DNA of 63,474 bases, filler included, from Octopus bimaculoides (lineage: Eukaryota): NCBI RefSeq assembly GCF_001194135.2. It is 6 parts of 5 records of this genome, joined end to end, with 100 filler letters (N's around TTAATTAATTAA, not from the genome) between each part and the next. Parts side by side here need not be neighbours in the genome. Positions count along the whole stretch, not along the records: positions 1 to 19,584 come from NC_068981.1; 5 more parts are not named here. One strand, 5' to 3'. Below are positions 1 through 13,314 of the stretch, piece after piece (the first letter of the stretch is position 1; each line of letters starts with the position of its first letter). The translations under genes and the position numbers were made by a program. The notes under the pieces were generated by a model. That model did not search any database. It was not told where the DNA came from and saw only the letters and a program-made list of their open reading frames with translations.

Positions 1-110
1 GAAGTCATAGATAATCAGGAAAAGTACATTGATGATTAAATTTCAATTGAACATAACATTTGATCACTTGTTTTCTTTATTCAAAATTCAGACAGAACTT
101 ATGGGATGAC

Positions 111-113
<3 letters not shown>

Positions 114-160
<47 letters not shown>
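114..160. repeat. (TA)n microsatellite
   Basis: Pure TA run; source of the IYIYIY ORF at 60..305. Confidence 0.95.
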
Positions 161-164
<4 letters not shown>

Positions 165-1798
165 CAAAGCAACTTCAAAAGTATATACAATAATCTTTAC
201 AGCATTATCATACTTGTGTTAAGTTGTATCTTAGATGAATCTACAGTGACAATATTTAGTGAAGGAGCTGATAAAATTTTTTATTTAGTATTGTTATGGA
301 AGTGATAAAACAAATTTTATGTATATTTCAAGAATGATTCATTCCTTACAGCATAATTAATAATTCCATTGATTTACTCCTATTGCAAACAACATTTACA
401 AATCATTTTAGAACAGAATGATTTCATTTTTTTTCTCTTATGATATCCAATTTTTCATTTTATTCTTCAATGAATATGATTAAATATTTGATAGATTTAT
501 TTTACCTGCTTTTTTTTTTTAATATTTGTGTGTGCTTTAATTTAACTTAGAGGAAATGTAATGCTTCAGCTAGATTAAACAAAAGTGCATGCACATACAC
601 ATAAATATTCATCTAAGTATATATATATATGTCAAGTTGTGTGTGAAATCATTTATTCTGAAATGTTGGATTTTTATTATTTCTCTAATGAAAATTGTTG
701 ATCAAGACATTAATTAGTTAAAAATCTTCAATGTGTTTGACTGCAAGATAATGTCAGTTAAAATAGTTTGTATGAAGCTTTGTTGTTACCTAATTTATTA
801 GTATATATTAAATGTCATTTTAGTATTTTCTGGTATTCTAATTTAATTTATATTAATCAAAATCTTGATTTTTTTTCTTTCAAATTAGGATTTTTGTGGG
901 ATAGATGTTTTTATCTGTAAAATTTTGTATCACTTGTATTACTAAGCAATGTAGCAATATAATTTGCTACATGATTTATTTTTGTTTATTTACTACAAAA
1001 GAAAAAAAAAACTCTTTATCAACTACAATATTTAGTCTGAAAACTGAGAGATGCATTATCAAATCTCTTTTCCATGTGTTAAAAGTACTTGTCACTTCTA
1101 TTAACACATAAAGTGCAAGGGGCCACAATCGTGGCTGTCAGGCACAGGTCAACAGGCCACAATCATGGCCCAAGTAGATGCATTTAATTTATGGGCGTTT
1201 GTTGGGCTCTAATGTCACTCAAATGCGCCAATACCCCACCAGAATGCAAGAGGACTAATAGTTCAACTAATGACTTTTCAGATGATGTAAAACTTGCCAC
1301 CATTATATACTAAGAGGATATTTTAACTATTTTTTTGTTTTTTATGTGTGCATGGTAGTCTCATTTTCATAAAATGTGATCAGCAGTCCATGCTATGTAA
1401 GTATGAATCCCAGCACTTTATGGGTTTTCATTGAAAATATTTTGAGTTTTAACATTTCAATTTTCTTTAGCAATATTTTACAATCATTTTTTATGTATAT
1501 GTGTGCCTTTAGCACTTAGTAATCATTTAAGATTATTTTTTATATAAATCTATTAATTTCTGCAAATACTTAAGTTATATTTTTCTGTTTTGTTCTTGTC
1601 TTTTAATAATTTCTGTGAGTGATGAGAATGTAAAGTTTAGGTTCTTCATTCAGTTAATGTATTTGGATCTTTTTTCTATGTATTGATATATATCAGTGTG
1701 TATTTATATTTTGTATATAAATATAGCTGTGCAACATGTGTGCGTGTATATGTGTGTGTGCTTGCAGATGTATTAAAAATGTGTGGTGCATATATAGC

Positions 1799-1800
<2 letters not shown>

Positions 1801-1867
<67 letters not shown>
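1801..1867. repeat. (GA)n microsatellite
   Basis: Near-pure GA run; source of the ERERER ORF. Confidence 0.95.
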
Positions 1868-1870
<3 letters not shown>

Positions 1871-1980
1871 GTATTTGTTCCTATATTTTAGAATTTACAA
1901 GGAGATATTTTCTATGCTTGTGAAATTAATGTAAATCTAAATAATGTACATTCATAATTATTATAATTTTCTTCTCATAG

Positions 1981-2016
1981 CTTCCAGGTTTGAAAAAAGA
2001 TTTGCTGGAATAAAAA
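1981..2016 (+). CDS. Candidate 36-bp internal exon of an unidentified gene (phase 1-1, xSRFEKRFAGIK)
   Basis: Acceptor ttttcttctcatag, donor AAA|gtcagt, one open frame, length divisible by 3. No homology recognised. Confidence 0.25.
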
Positions 2017-2850
2017 GTCAGTTTAATATGTAGCACTTATATTTATATATTCATGGCTACAGTCCTTCAATGTTTACTGCAGTAGTTTTTAGTTGTAAAC
2101 AACTAAACTATTGTTTATGTCTAGAAGTAGATAATGACATATTTAAAAATTACTACTCTGAAATGTAAAGCTATTTGTATGCTTCTGAACTTAGACTTCT
2201 TGTTGTTAGTAATGTTTCTTTGAGGAATGTATATGAATATTTGATTTGCATTACTTCCTCAGAATAACAAAACTGTTACTGAATTTACTATTAACAATCA
2301 GTAGAAATTCATTATTTTTTTCTGAAATTAAAATTTCTACATAAATGTCATTAAATTTTAATTTCTATTTATCTTAATATTAGTTATATTTTTAATATTC
2401 TAAAATATTGCAATTTTAATCACTTTTATAAATTGTTTTCTATTTATTATGCTTTCTATTTATTATGCATCTATTTGATGCAAAAAAATGTATATATAGT
2501 TTTACTGAAATATATAGCTGTGATATCTTTCTTTTTTATCTGTTATTATAGGTTTCATTAGCTTTTTAGGTTGTAGTATTTGAGTAAAAGTTATTTTTAT
2601 ACATTTTCTGGTTATTTTTTGGTATTGGTGTATGTAATATCAGATTCTTAAGTTTCACTTTACTTCACTTTTATAATTATTTAAAATAGATAAACTTTGC
2701 ATGAAATTATTGCTAATTGGCTTTGCAGTTAAAGTGGATTTATCTATCCTACACTCTTTATTATTAATTCTCCAACAAGTTTCTCCCATTATTTATTTAT
2801 TTTTTTTTTTTGTGATATGTAAGCAATTAACTCTTCATTCCTTTCCACAG

Positions 2851-2898
2851 CTGCGAGATAAAAGCAAACTCTCACCATGGGAATCCAATTATACATCA
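2851..2898 (+). CDS. Candidate 48-bp internal exon of an unidentified gene (LRDKSKLSPWESNYTS in phase 0)
   Basis: Strong acceptor ctcttcattcctttccacag, donor TCA|gtgagc, open frame, higher GC than the flanks. No protein family recognised. Confidence 0.35.
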
Positions 2899-5750
2899 GT
2901 GAGCTTTTGTGTATCTTTGTATGATAGATCAATGTTGTGGTTTGATGTTGTACTAGATTGCAATAGCTGTGCTGCTGCCATTGCTGCTGAAGCAGCTCTC
3001 ATCACTACCACAAGCACTGCTATAACCACTGTCACCAACACCATATTTGTTGCAATTAGCATGATCAGTCTTTTTTTTTTTAATTATACTGAAATATTTA
3101 TTCAAATTTATTCAATTTTATTCTTTCAACACATTTTCCTTCTATTATGTTATGACTTTATTATAACTTTCACTATTTACTTCCTACAAATTCTTTGAAC
3201 GGTTGATAAAAATATCAATTCTCTTAAAGTTGTATAATTTCTGTGATTTCTTTCTTTATATAATCAATCGTTTCACCACAAAACTTTCACGGCTCGTTTT
3301 ACACCTCACTGCTTCCTTTCTTATATCTAATTATTTTAGATTAATATCTCTTAGCTTTTCTCTAACAAGCATTTCTAAAATAATCAGGATTTTTGCCTTG
3401 AAAGATCATGTTATAAATTTTAAGCATATTTATATTTACTTTGATAGTAGTATTTATGGATCACATTTTAAAAATTCTATTTGGTATTTTGCTTTCATTT
3501 CAATTATATTTATTGTATATATTTAGTTGTGTTTTTAGTCATTACTTTTGATGTAAGTTATTACTGTGTTTCTGTAGATATTATATTCATTCGAAATTTA
3601 TCAATATTAATCTCTCCAGATCATAGTGTTCTTTTTTCGTGTGCAAACTACCTTGTTCTTTTTTCTTCTATAAAAATTACCTTTCTATAAGTAACAAAGT
3701 ATAGAAGCTCATACACACTGTTGTTTTAACACAAACATATTTGCCATAAACATATATTCCTTATTTTGTATCAAATTTACCAAGTATTATCTATAATTTA
3801 ATTATAATTTCAAATTTTAACACTTCTTAATAATACATATATAATTGATAGCTCTCTAAATATACCAAAGCAATGGATTAAATTCATATTTTGCATTCAG
3901 ATATATATGTAAACATTTTATAAAGTTGTGAGAATCAACTTGAGTTTTCTTTGCATCAATATTAAATACTATAATGAAAATTATGTTTAATTTGTTCATT
4001 TTCAAACATCTTGAAATATATGTTCATTTATAGAATTTGGAAATTTATATTAGAAAGTTAATTCAATATTGTTCATAATTTTAATTCAAGAAATTATAAT
4101 TTGTGCAATTTTGAACTACTAAATAATACTTTAGAAATTATATTAGCACAATAAACCACTAAATGCTAGTCAAGAAAAAATATTTTGAGCACTGTAGACT
4201 ATCAAAAGACATTTAAGAAAAGATAGTTTGAGCACTGTAGGATAAAGAATATTTAAGAAAATATAATTTGAGTACAATGGACCACCAACCAATATTTCAG
4301 CTTTTACTAAATTAAACTCTCTTTCTCTTTTCATTTTCTTCCTCCCCTCTCTCTCTTTTCTTTCTCTCTTCCTCTTTTTCTTCCTTTCCCTCTTAAAAAT
4401 TCCCAATTATCCAGTCAAAAGTCCAATGCCTTGATCATTCTTGTTGGTATATTCTTACTGTACCAAACAAGATTCAGTTTCCTTTTCAGAACCAAAAAAA
4501 ATAATAAAAAATAATTATTATTTATTTATTAGTTAGCCAAAAAGAACATTTTCTTTGTTAATCACTGGTAAGTGCTGTTGTGAAATATTGCTCCTTTGTT
4601 TGAGCACACTACTTTTCCCTCACTAAATTATTAGATTACATTCATGCAAAAGAAGTTCTTGAAAGTAAAGCACCATTAGAAACTATAGATTATCCTTAAA
4701 TTGTATTATCCTCTTGATATTAATTTAAATGCCCTCTATTCTCCTTAGGCTTGTTAGTACTAAACCTATTTAAGTATATGGGTACACTTTCTGCTTTCCT
4801 TTCTATCAGTGACATTCTCTTATTCTTTACACTTTCTAGTTATAACATTTTGCCCAGTTCTCTCTCCTTGGAATCTGGTTTTCTTCTTTCCTTGTTTATG
4901 TTTTCCTATCAAATGCTAACCTGCAACAATTAAAAGGACAAATTAACCTCACCTTTAAAAATTAACCTCACCTTTGAGCTTTGGGCTTTTCAATCCTAAA
5001 AGGAAGCGAATTAATTTTCCCCATATTATACTATTAACTCTTTTCTAATTTCCCCTTCTTATATTTGTTTTTATTCAAATAAGTTTACATTCATTGTTTT
5101 AATTAGTAATTTTCAATTTTAATCATTATATAAAATCGTTTGATTAAATGCAAAAAAAGAAAATAACATTCCCTTTTAAATATAGATGCCAACATTAATA
5201 GTTCTTTAAATATCAGTGTTTCTTAGATTGACATAAATATTCATAATAAAATTATCTACTTATCTAGTGTTCAAATTTTTTCTAGATTTTATAATTCAAT
5301 GTTTTAAGATAATATAATTAATAAAATAACAATAGAAATATATTTGAAATATCAAAAACTAAAAACTTGATTGAAATATTCTATAAAATTTTTGTTTATA
5401 AAATTTACCTTATATCTTTTAGTATAATTTGCTCACATTTTGTTTTATAATTTAAATACTGATTCAGTCTTTATAGTTAAAACTTAGATGGAAGTAATAC
5501 CAGTCACTAATATCGCAAAATCATCATATTATTGAGTGTTCTGAACTGATGTTAAATTTTGGTATTGCAGTGAATTTAAAATATCTGAGGAAGATTAAAA
5601 ATTTGTGTGGGTGTGTTTGAATAAGTTCTGTATTATGTGTATATACATATATAATACATGTATTTGGATCATTGTACACTTTTCTAACATGTGCACTCCA
5701 TAAAAAAGATATGATCTTTATTATTTGAGCAATTGATAAGAACAAACAAG

Positions 5751-5782
<32 letters not shown>

Positions 5783-5792
5783 NNNNNNNNNN

Positions 5793-6373
5793 TTCCCAAA
5801 TAAACACATTATAGTACCGAATGCGAGGAAAGCAACCATCAGAAGAAACCAACTTTCTTTTAAATAACTCAACTATGTATCGACCGATTTCGCGATTACT
5901 AGAATGAAATCTAGTTTCCGTTCATCAGCATAGTATTGTACAAAATATATATAAATAAACAAAATCCTCACCTTACCAAAACGAACACTCTACGTATCCG
6001 ACAAAGCAAAGGGAATGAAGTTTATCTGTATATATCTCTTCATAAAGAAGCGGGAATCTTTCTAGGTTGTTTTCGGTACACGTGTGCAAATTGGAATAAA
6101 ATTCAGCATTGAATATATTCCGTGTATATATTTGATTAATAAATTCGATAAAGGATAAAAATCTTTTACAAGAATTTTATCAGGAAGTCAGTGTGTAAAA
6201 AAATTCATAAGGGAAATTTCTATTCCCAAGAATATAATTATTCGTTTGTATTTATATAAGGGCATTAATACAGAATAATGCCACACAACAGACTTCCCAA
6301 ATAAACACATTATAGTACTGAATGCGAGGAAAGCAACCATCAGAAGAAACCAACTTTCTTTTAAATAACTCAA
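5793..6373 (-). mobile_element. Non-coding hammerhead-bearing retroelement with an 80-bp terminal direct repeat (retrozyme-like or Penelope pseudo-LTR)
   Basis: 5793-5872 repeats at 6294-6373 (period 501, one mismatch seen). A hammerhead motif abuts the first copy. No long ORF. Confidence 0.5.
5872..5934 (-). ncRNA. Type I hammerhead ribozyme motif
   Basis: Minus strand reads ACUAUG-CUGAUGA-[stem II ACGGAAACUAGA/uuucau/UCUAGUAAUCGC]-GAAA-UCG-GU-CG-AUA-CAUAGU. Stem I is 6 bp, the core is intact, the cleavage triplet is AUA. The base of stem II is an A.C mismatch. Confidence 0.65.
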
Positions 6374-6519
6374 ATAAATACAGGAGTACATCCTCATAAA
6401 TGAAACATCCCCAGTACTAAATAGGGAATATACGTAGTAGATTATCACACCCCCATACCCACAGTTTATATTTTATACAGGTAGAATAGTTAGTGGGCTG
6501 TTATGCAGATAGATGTATG

Positions 6520-6724
6520 TATGTGTGTGTGTATACACATGTATGTAGGCATATGGATATGAAAGTAAACAGATAGACATACAGATGGATAAGTACATAG
6601 GTTATATGAACAGACAAGCACACATACACAAATTAAGACTGAAACACCTGACCATATATACACACACTTCAGTTCACACAAGGATGCATATGGAGACACA
6701 TGTCCACACACGGAGGTACACATC

Positions 6725-6770
<46 letters not shown>

Positions 6771-6990
6771 GACATGCACACACAAGGAGACAGGTACATA
6801 TGTACACACATGCAAATACACACACACGCACACACAGGCACATGAATATGCAGAATACATACATACAAACATACACACATACATATATATGTACGCACAC
6901 ACACATGCATACATGCGTACACACACTTACATGCATTCATACATGTATATGTGCACATTCACACTGACCCACACAAATGCACACAAATGA
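6520..6990. repeat. Degenerate CA/TA-rich compound microsatellite
   Basis: Imperfect (CA)n and (CATA)n tract; source of the HTHT and CVCV ORFs. Confidence 0.9.
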
Positions 6991-7026
6991 ACAAAAAGAA
7001 CACAGCTTAAATAATGGACAGTCAAC

Positions 7027-7453
7027 AACTATTGGAAAGGTTGCAAGATGCAACAAAAATTTTAGAAAAATAAATAAATGAGTGGAAATTTTACCGGTGT
7101 GATAAATTATAAGGCACTAATAGAGAATGACTCTCTCCAAATACAACAGAATATGCTTTAACACATGCACTCACAAAGAATCTTGTAAACCAAACCCCAA
7201 AATGAAATACTTATTTATTATTATTCTTAAAATTTTTGTGACATCTTGCAACCTTTTCAACAACTATTGAAAAAGTTGTAAGAATCAACAAAAATTTTAG
7301 AAAAAATTAACAAGTAAATGAATGGAAATCGAACCAGTGAGTCTGTTAAGTAATAAGGCACTAAAAGAGAATATTTCTCCCCAGACACAATAAAATATTT
7401 TTCAACACACAAATTCACATTGGGAATTTTGCAAACCAAATGCAAAAAACGAA

Positions 7454-7457
<4 letters not shown>
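7027..7457. mobile_element. MITE-like element with ~50-bp terminal inverted repeats, followed by a diverged partial copy
   Basis: 7034-7081 (ggaaaggttgcaagatgcaacaaaaattttag) is inverted at ~7210-7260. 7261-7457 is a diverged direct copy of 7027-7210. Confidence 0.45.
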
Positions 7458-7497
<40 letters not shown>

Positions 7498-7804
7498 ACA
7501 CATATATATATATTTATATGTATATGTATATATATATATANNNNNNNNNNNNNNNNNNNNNNNNNNNNNNNNNNNNNNNNNNNNNNNNNNNNNNNNNNNN
7601 NNNNNNNNNNNNNNNNNNNNNNNNNNNNNNNNNNNNNNNNNNNNNNNNNNNNNNNNNNNNNNNNNNNNNNNNNNNNNNNNNNNNNNNNNNNNNNNNNNNN
7701 NNNNNNNNNNNNNNNNNNNNNNNNNNNNNNNNNNNNNNNNNNNNNNNNNNNNNNNNNNNNNNNNNNNNNNNNNNNNNNNNNNNNNNNNNNNNNNNNNNNN
7801 NNNN

Positions 7805-7843
<39 letters not shown>

Positions 7844-7909
7844 TATACATATATATTTATTTATGCATTTCAGCCAAGTGGCTGCGGTCGTGCTGGAGCA
7901 CCACCGTGA

Positions 7910-8845
7910 CTTGCCATCTTTATGCTGTGCTCTCTTCACGTTCCTTGCATGGCTCTTCTCTGCCACCTGATATAGTCCAATCAAGAGTTTCGATGGCACA
8001 TCTGGTGTATAAGAGAATTTGGCATTGCTGCCCTCAACTGTATCTCATTTTGAGCCATTGGTTCGTCTAGTATCGTGGAGAGGAAAGTGCCGAGTTTTGT
8101 TTTGAAGACCTCTATATCCATGTCCTGCGGGCCTCTCAATTGTTTTGGCAGGGCATTAAAAAGCTGAGGTCCTCTGAAACCGAGGTTGTTGCAATACTTT
8201 GTTCTTATGTGAGATGCAGTGGACAGTACCCTTGGTACAATGCAATGGCGACCTGTGCGGGCATGTAGTACTTGATGCCATGTAGTACTTGATGCTTGGT
8301 ACCAGTCCTTCCAGTATTTTCCATATGTAAATTATTACATAACTCTCCCGCCTGCGCTCCAGGGAGTAGAGACCTAGTGCCTTCAGTCGCTCCCTGTGAA
8401 TTGCCTCGAGTTCGGCTGTCCGCTTGACACTGTGTGGTGACCACAACTGAGAGCAATAGTCTAGGCAGCTCCAAAGAAGTGTCTTCCATAGAGTCAACAT
8501 GATTTTTGATCCCTTGTTCGGAATGTCCTCAGTATCCACCCTGCCAGTTGTCTGCACTTTGCTGTCAACTTGACAATGTGCATGTGAAATGATGTATCAC
8601 TATACATGCTGATGCCCAGGTCTCTCACTGTTTGTTGTTCTGGGATTGCAATACCTCCAGGTCCTGTGTATGCCAGTTGGGGGGCACTTGTGGCCTTGAA
8701 ATGCAGTACTTGAAATTTTTTAGCATTGAACTGCATGTTATTTTGCTCTGCCCACTTGTATATTGCATTTAGGTCATTCTGCAGGCTTATGATATCATCA
8801 GGCTTCTTTATTGCCTGAGATACTTTTGTGTCATCAGTGCCTGTC
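7910..8845 (-). mobile_element. CR1/L2-group LINE, 5'-truncated 3' fragment (RT C-terminus, frameshifted)
   Basis: DDTKV...LQNDLNAIYKWAEQNNMQFNAKKFQVLH, RDLGI, LDYCSQLWSP and LGLYSLERRR are typical CR1-clade RT C-terminal motifs. Confidence 0.85.
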
Positions 8846-9175
8846 AAAGAATGATGAGGTTTGTTTCCCTCTCTTTTCAGCAGTTCTTATCTCCAGTTCA
8901 TATGAAACATTGGTTGCTTGTGATTATCTTCGTTCTGCAATTGAAAGTCTAATAGTTTTTCTGTTCATTTGTTTGACCTGCAGTTACCTTTGTATATTCA
9001 AGAAGTTGGTTCTTGAATTTCTTTCCCCAACCAATTCACTTCATTCATCCTCCATTCCACACTCACTGCATATTTATTCTCTCAATCAAAATCGTCTTTC
9101 AATGCTTTTCTTCATGTCCCAAAGCCCACTTGTCCTGTAGCACTTAAGTATCATACACGAATTTCTCCCCCCCCC

Positions 9176-9247
<72 letters not shown>

Positions 9248-9721
9248 CTTTATCATTTGATCACTTAACACATCTGCTATTTTGTCACGTTCTTTAATTT
9301 CTTTTCTCTACTATAGAAGTATATTTTGCTAGTTTTTCCCATTCTTTCTCTCTTACATTATTACTCATACCAACTTTTCCTCTTTCACTCATTATTTATG
9401 TTTCCCTACTGCTTTCTCTCTCAACTTGTCTGTAGCATGATTGAAAATGCTTGTAACCAATTAAAAGAAATGTAACACACACGACTTGACCTTTTTATAT
9501 AGCGAGATTATTATTTATGAAAGTGGTATACATTTATACACTCACATATTTGTGTATTTTAAAATTAAATGGCAAATATATATATGCTTTAATTTTGTGC
9601 ATTGAGTTCCGTCTCTCCTTTTTGTTTAACCATACCTCTGTGTGTATATGTGTGTTTGTATACACATACATAAACATATATATATATATATATATGCACA
9701 CACATATATATACATACATGC

Positions 9722-9878
9722 AGGTGCAGGCATGGTTGTGTGTTTATGGAGGTTGCTTCCTAACCATATGATTTTGCTTTTAGTTCTAGTCCCACTGTGT
9801 GGCAGCTTGGCCAAGTGTCTTCTTTTAATACAATAGCCCTGAACTGACTTGGTTGGCAGAAACTGAGTGAAGCCTGTT
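9722..9878 (+). mobile_element. Degenerate tRNA-derived SINE (octopus type)
   Basis: gtcccactgtgtggcagcttggccaagtgtcttc matches the better-preserved copy at 60681-61052. Confidence 0.55.
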
Positions 9879-11940
9879 ATAAGTATTCTCTAATCTTGCA
9901 TGAAAATGCATGATGGCTTCAGTATCAAACTCCTTCCTCCCTTAGACATCAGTAAAACTGTGATTCACATGAGGCGCTGTTTGTTGTTGCTCATTATTCA
10001 CTAATTGTATAAACACCCAGATATAACTTCAATAAACCTGAACATTACTACATCAGCTGATGAACACTCACATGTATTCAGCCCAGCTTCATTAGTTCAA
10101 AATGCTCTGCTGGGATTCATACCATCAATAAATGCAAAGTAATAGCAAAAAGTTGCAGTTTCACAGAATTTACCTTGCCTGTCTTTGATGTGGCCACTAT
10201 CAGAATATATATGTGTACAGAAATATGCTAGACAGTGAAAAAAGTGCAGTATGTTGATTGTCACACTGCAGTACATATAGTTAATCACTGCATGCCATTG
10301 TGTGCAATATAGCAGTGTTTAGAATATCTGGGACAATAAATTGTTGGCTTATACTTGGTCATTCAATAAACATCTAAGCCCTTTGAGGAAAATGAATTTC
10401 ACTGTGTTGTGGTGAAATCCTGACATCCCTGGGATATCAAGTCAACTGTCTTAAATTGTATAAAAGTGCATGTGCACTGTTAGTGATGACAGTGTGGTGT
10501 ACGCAGGCGCTTTGTGAAGACAGTCATAGAAGTCATTGAGAAGAGATATTGTTTGTTACGTGTTGTTTCTGATTGATATTTGTATTGTTATAACCTTGCT
10601 ATCAGTCCATGTTATATAGTGAGTTCAAAGAAGGACATAGCAGTGTTGATGAGACACAACACACTGATAGTGAAAAATGTCTTTATCATAATTCTCAGAG
10701 CTCTCTCATAATGCATGCTGATCATCATCTTACATGCAGTGTGTGGCCATTCCGGCTTGGTGTTGCTGGTGATGTTTTAATATCATTTGCATTTTTGTTC
10801 ATACTGTTTATATGAGATGGGCAATTGTTGAAGCTAACTAATGTTTTGATGATGTAACAAACTTTCGGCAGACTGCTTTTTCTGGAACCTATTCTAAAGG
10901 GCCTGTATGGTTACTTAGAATGGTGCTTAATGATGTTGTTAACTCTGATCAGCAAACAATTGACCTATACATATGTACTGCCTACATCCAGAGTTGAAAC
11001 TTCAACTTCTAGCACCATCTTATATCTGTTATTTCCCACTTGCTTCTTCATTGAAAGACTTGTTTCCTACCAGTGCTATTGTTCTAAAGCATGGATCAGT
11101 GCATGTAAACCATTCTCACATTAGATTGTGTCCTTCTTCATTGATCAAGTTTAACAATAGCTAGCTTTTATTTTCAAGAATTGGTATATCCTGTTGTCAG
11201 GAAGATGAGTAACCAATGTCTGATTAAGTGAAAAATCCTGAAACTAGTCAGGTTTATGTCTCTTTCTATTACCGAAAGAAAACATAGTTGACAAAAGCTT
11301 CCACTTTATGTAAAGTGGCTAAAAAAAGGATGTTGAGCAAAAATACATGCTTATAAGTTTATCATTGTCATTTTACATTCACTTTTCTTACTAACACCAA
11401 TCATTTTATAGAGTGTAAAGGGTACTTTGTAACTTTTTATGTGGCATGAACTCTAGAAAAGTGTCAGGTCCTCAACAAGTCTTAAAAGTTCTCACACTTT
11501 GAAAAGAATACTGGGTGCATTTTTTGTGATGCCAGCATTAGACAAATAACCATATCCTTGGTACAATTCAATGGTCCTCACAATTCTGTCTTTCCATGCT
11601 TGCCAACCTCTTTACAGAGTGAGAAGTATGAGAGAAAGACATGAATGATAGTGTTGAGAGGAATTATTGATAGGGGGATGAGCGATAGCGATACTCAGTA
11701 TTCTGAGATATGTTCATGTATTCAAGGCAATGCCACTGAGATCGTGTGACCTAATAATGTTGCGTAGTGCTTCTGTTATATATGTGTGTACACACTCATA
11801 CGCACACACGGTGGTGCTCCAGCATGACTGCAGCTGCATAACTGAAACAAGTAAAAGAGTATATATATGACAAAAGTTTCCATTTTATTCTAAGAGGAAA
11901 TTTTATATACATAGCTAGATATTTGTACATACATATGAAG

Positions 11941-12180
<240 letters not shown>

Positions 12181-12949
12181 ACTCAAACATTTTGTTTTGT
12201 TATTTGTTTATCTCTTCATACCTTTCATACTTGACATCGGAATTAATGTTCTTCAAAATCTAAACATTCTAAAAACTATTCTTGACTAAAGGTTTTGCAG
12301 TTTTTCTCTGAATCTAATTTTTGAAGGTATGATTTGATTTTTGCGTATTAAAATATAATTTGTTGGGTTTTCTTTCTTGTTCCACATTCCTTTTGCAGCG
12401 GGTGTTTTTTTGTCTGTGTTCTCTACCCAAACACACAAGTGAACACATACACGCATGCACACACAACTTCTATTCTAAAAGTTTGGGGTTCTTTTGAACC
12501 ATTTACTTCGACTAAATGATCTCAAAGGTTAGTCATTGTTAAATTAATTTACATTTCATAAAGTGTATCACAAGAGTTCAGCAGCGTTCATATTCAAAAG
12601 TGTCATATCAGCTGCTTCAGTTTACTTCTCTCTTTGATTTTTAATAATTTTCATGTTTTCTTTCGTTCATATGTCATAGTTTTCAAAAATAAATTGATTT
12701 TGTAGATATATTTTCATAGAAATCTATGGTTTACTTTTATTCTTTATTAAATTTTAAATTGTTGTTTTCTTTCACATTCTAAGAATGAAACAAAGTTCAG
12801 ATTTTTTTCTTTGCTCAAGTACAGTATATCATTCTGAATATTATTATGGAACAAAAGGCAGTGAATAATAGAATCAATAGAGTGTTGAATGAAATATGTT
12901 GCCCTATTTTATCATGTCCTTTAACATTCTGAGGAAACTTTACTTTTCA

Positions 12950-13314
12950 AATACCACCATTGAGTGTAATCATTACCAGCGTCGCCTTCTAGCACTTGTG
13001 CTGGTGGCACATTAGAAAATCATTTGAGCGAGGTCATTGCCAGTGCCGCTGGACTGGCTCCCGTGCAGGTGGCACATAAAAAAACACCTTTTTGAGAGAG
13101 GCCATTGTCAGTACTGTGTGGCTGGCCCTCGTGCCAGTGGCACGTAAAAGCACCCACTAGACTCTTGAAGTGGTTGGCGTTAGGAAGGGCATCCAGCTGT
13201 AGAAACTCTACCAGATCAGATTGGAGCCTGGTACAGCCTTCTGGCTTGCCAGTCCTCAGTCAAGTTGTCCAACCCATGTTAGCATGGAAAACGGATGTTA
13301 AACGATGATGATGA
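12950..13314 (+). mobile_element. RTE LINE 3' UTR fragment ending in a (GAT)n tail
   Basis: Shares gccagtgccgctggactggctc...gtgcaggtggca with the RTE 3' UTR at 17280-17330. Ends gttaaacgatgatgatga. Confidence 0.75.

Noticed and set aside
2701-3198. 165-aa ORF with a poly-Ala/Thr stretch
   Set aside because: Starts in AT-rich intron-like sequence. The Ala/Thr part is a decayed GCT/ACC trinucleotide tract. Only the 48-bp spliceable part was kept as a candidate.
6188-6448. Hydrophobic ORF (SYLKESWFLLMVAFLAF) occurring twice, resembling a membrane micropeptide
   Set aside because: The repeat is the 80-bp terminal duplication of the hammerhead element, and hydrophobic translation is expected from T-rich DNA.
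10080-11150. CpG-poor, GC-richer block with faint Penelope RT-like words on the minus strand
   Set aside because: Too decayed to assign by eye; needs a profile search.
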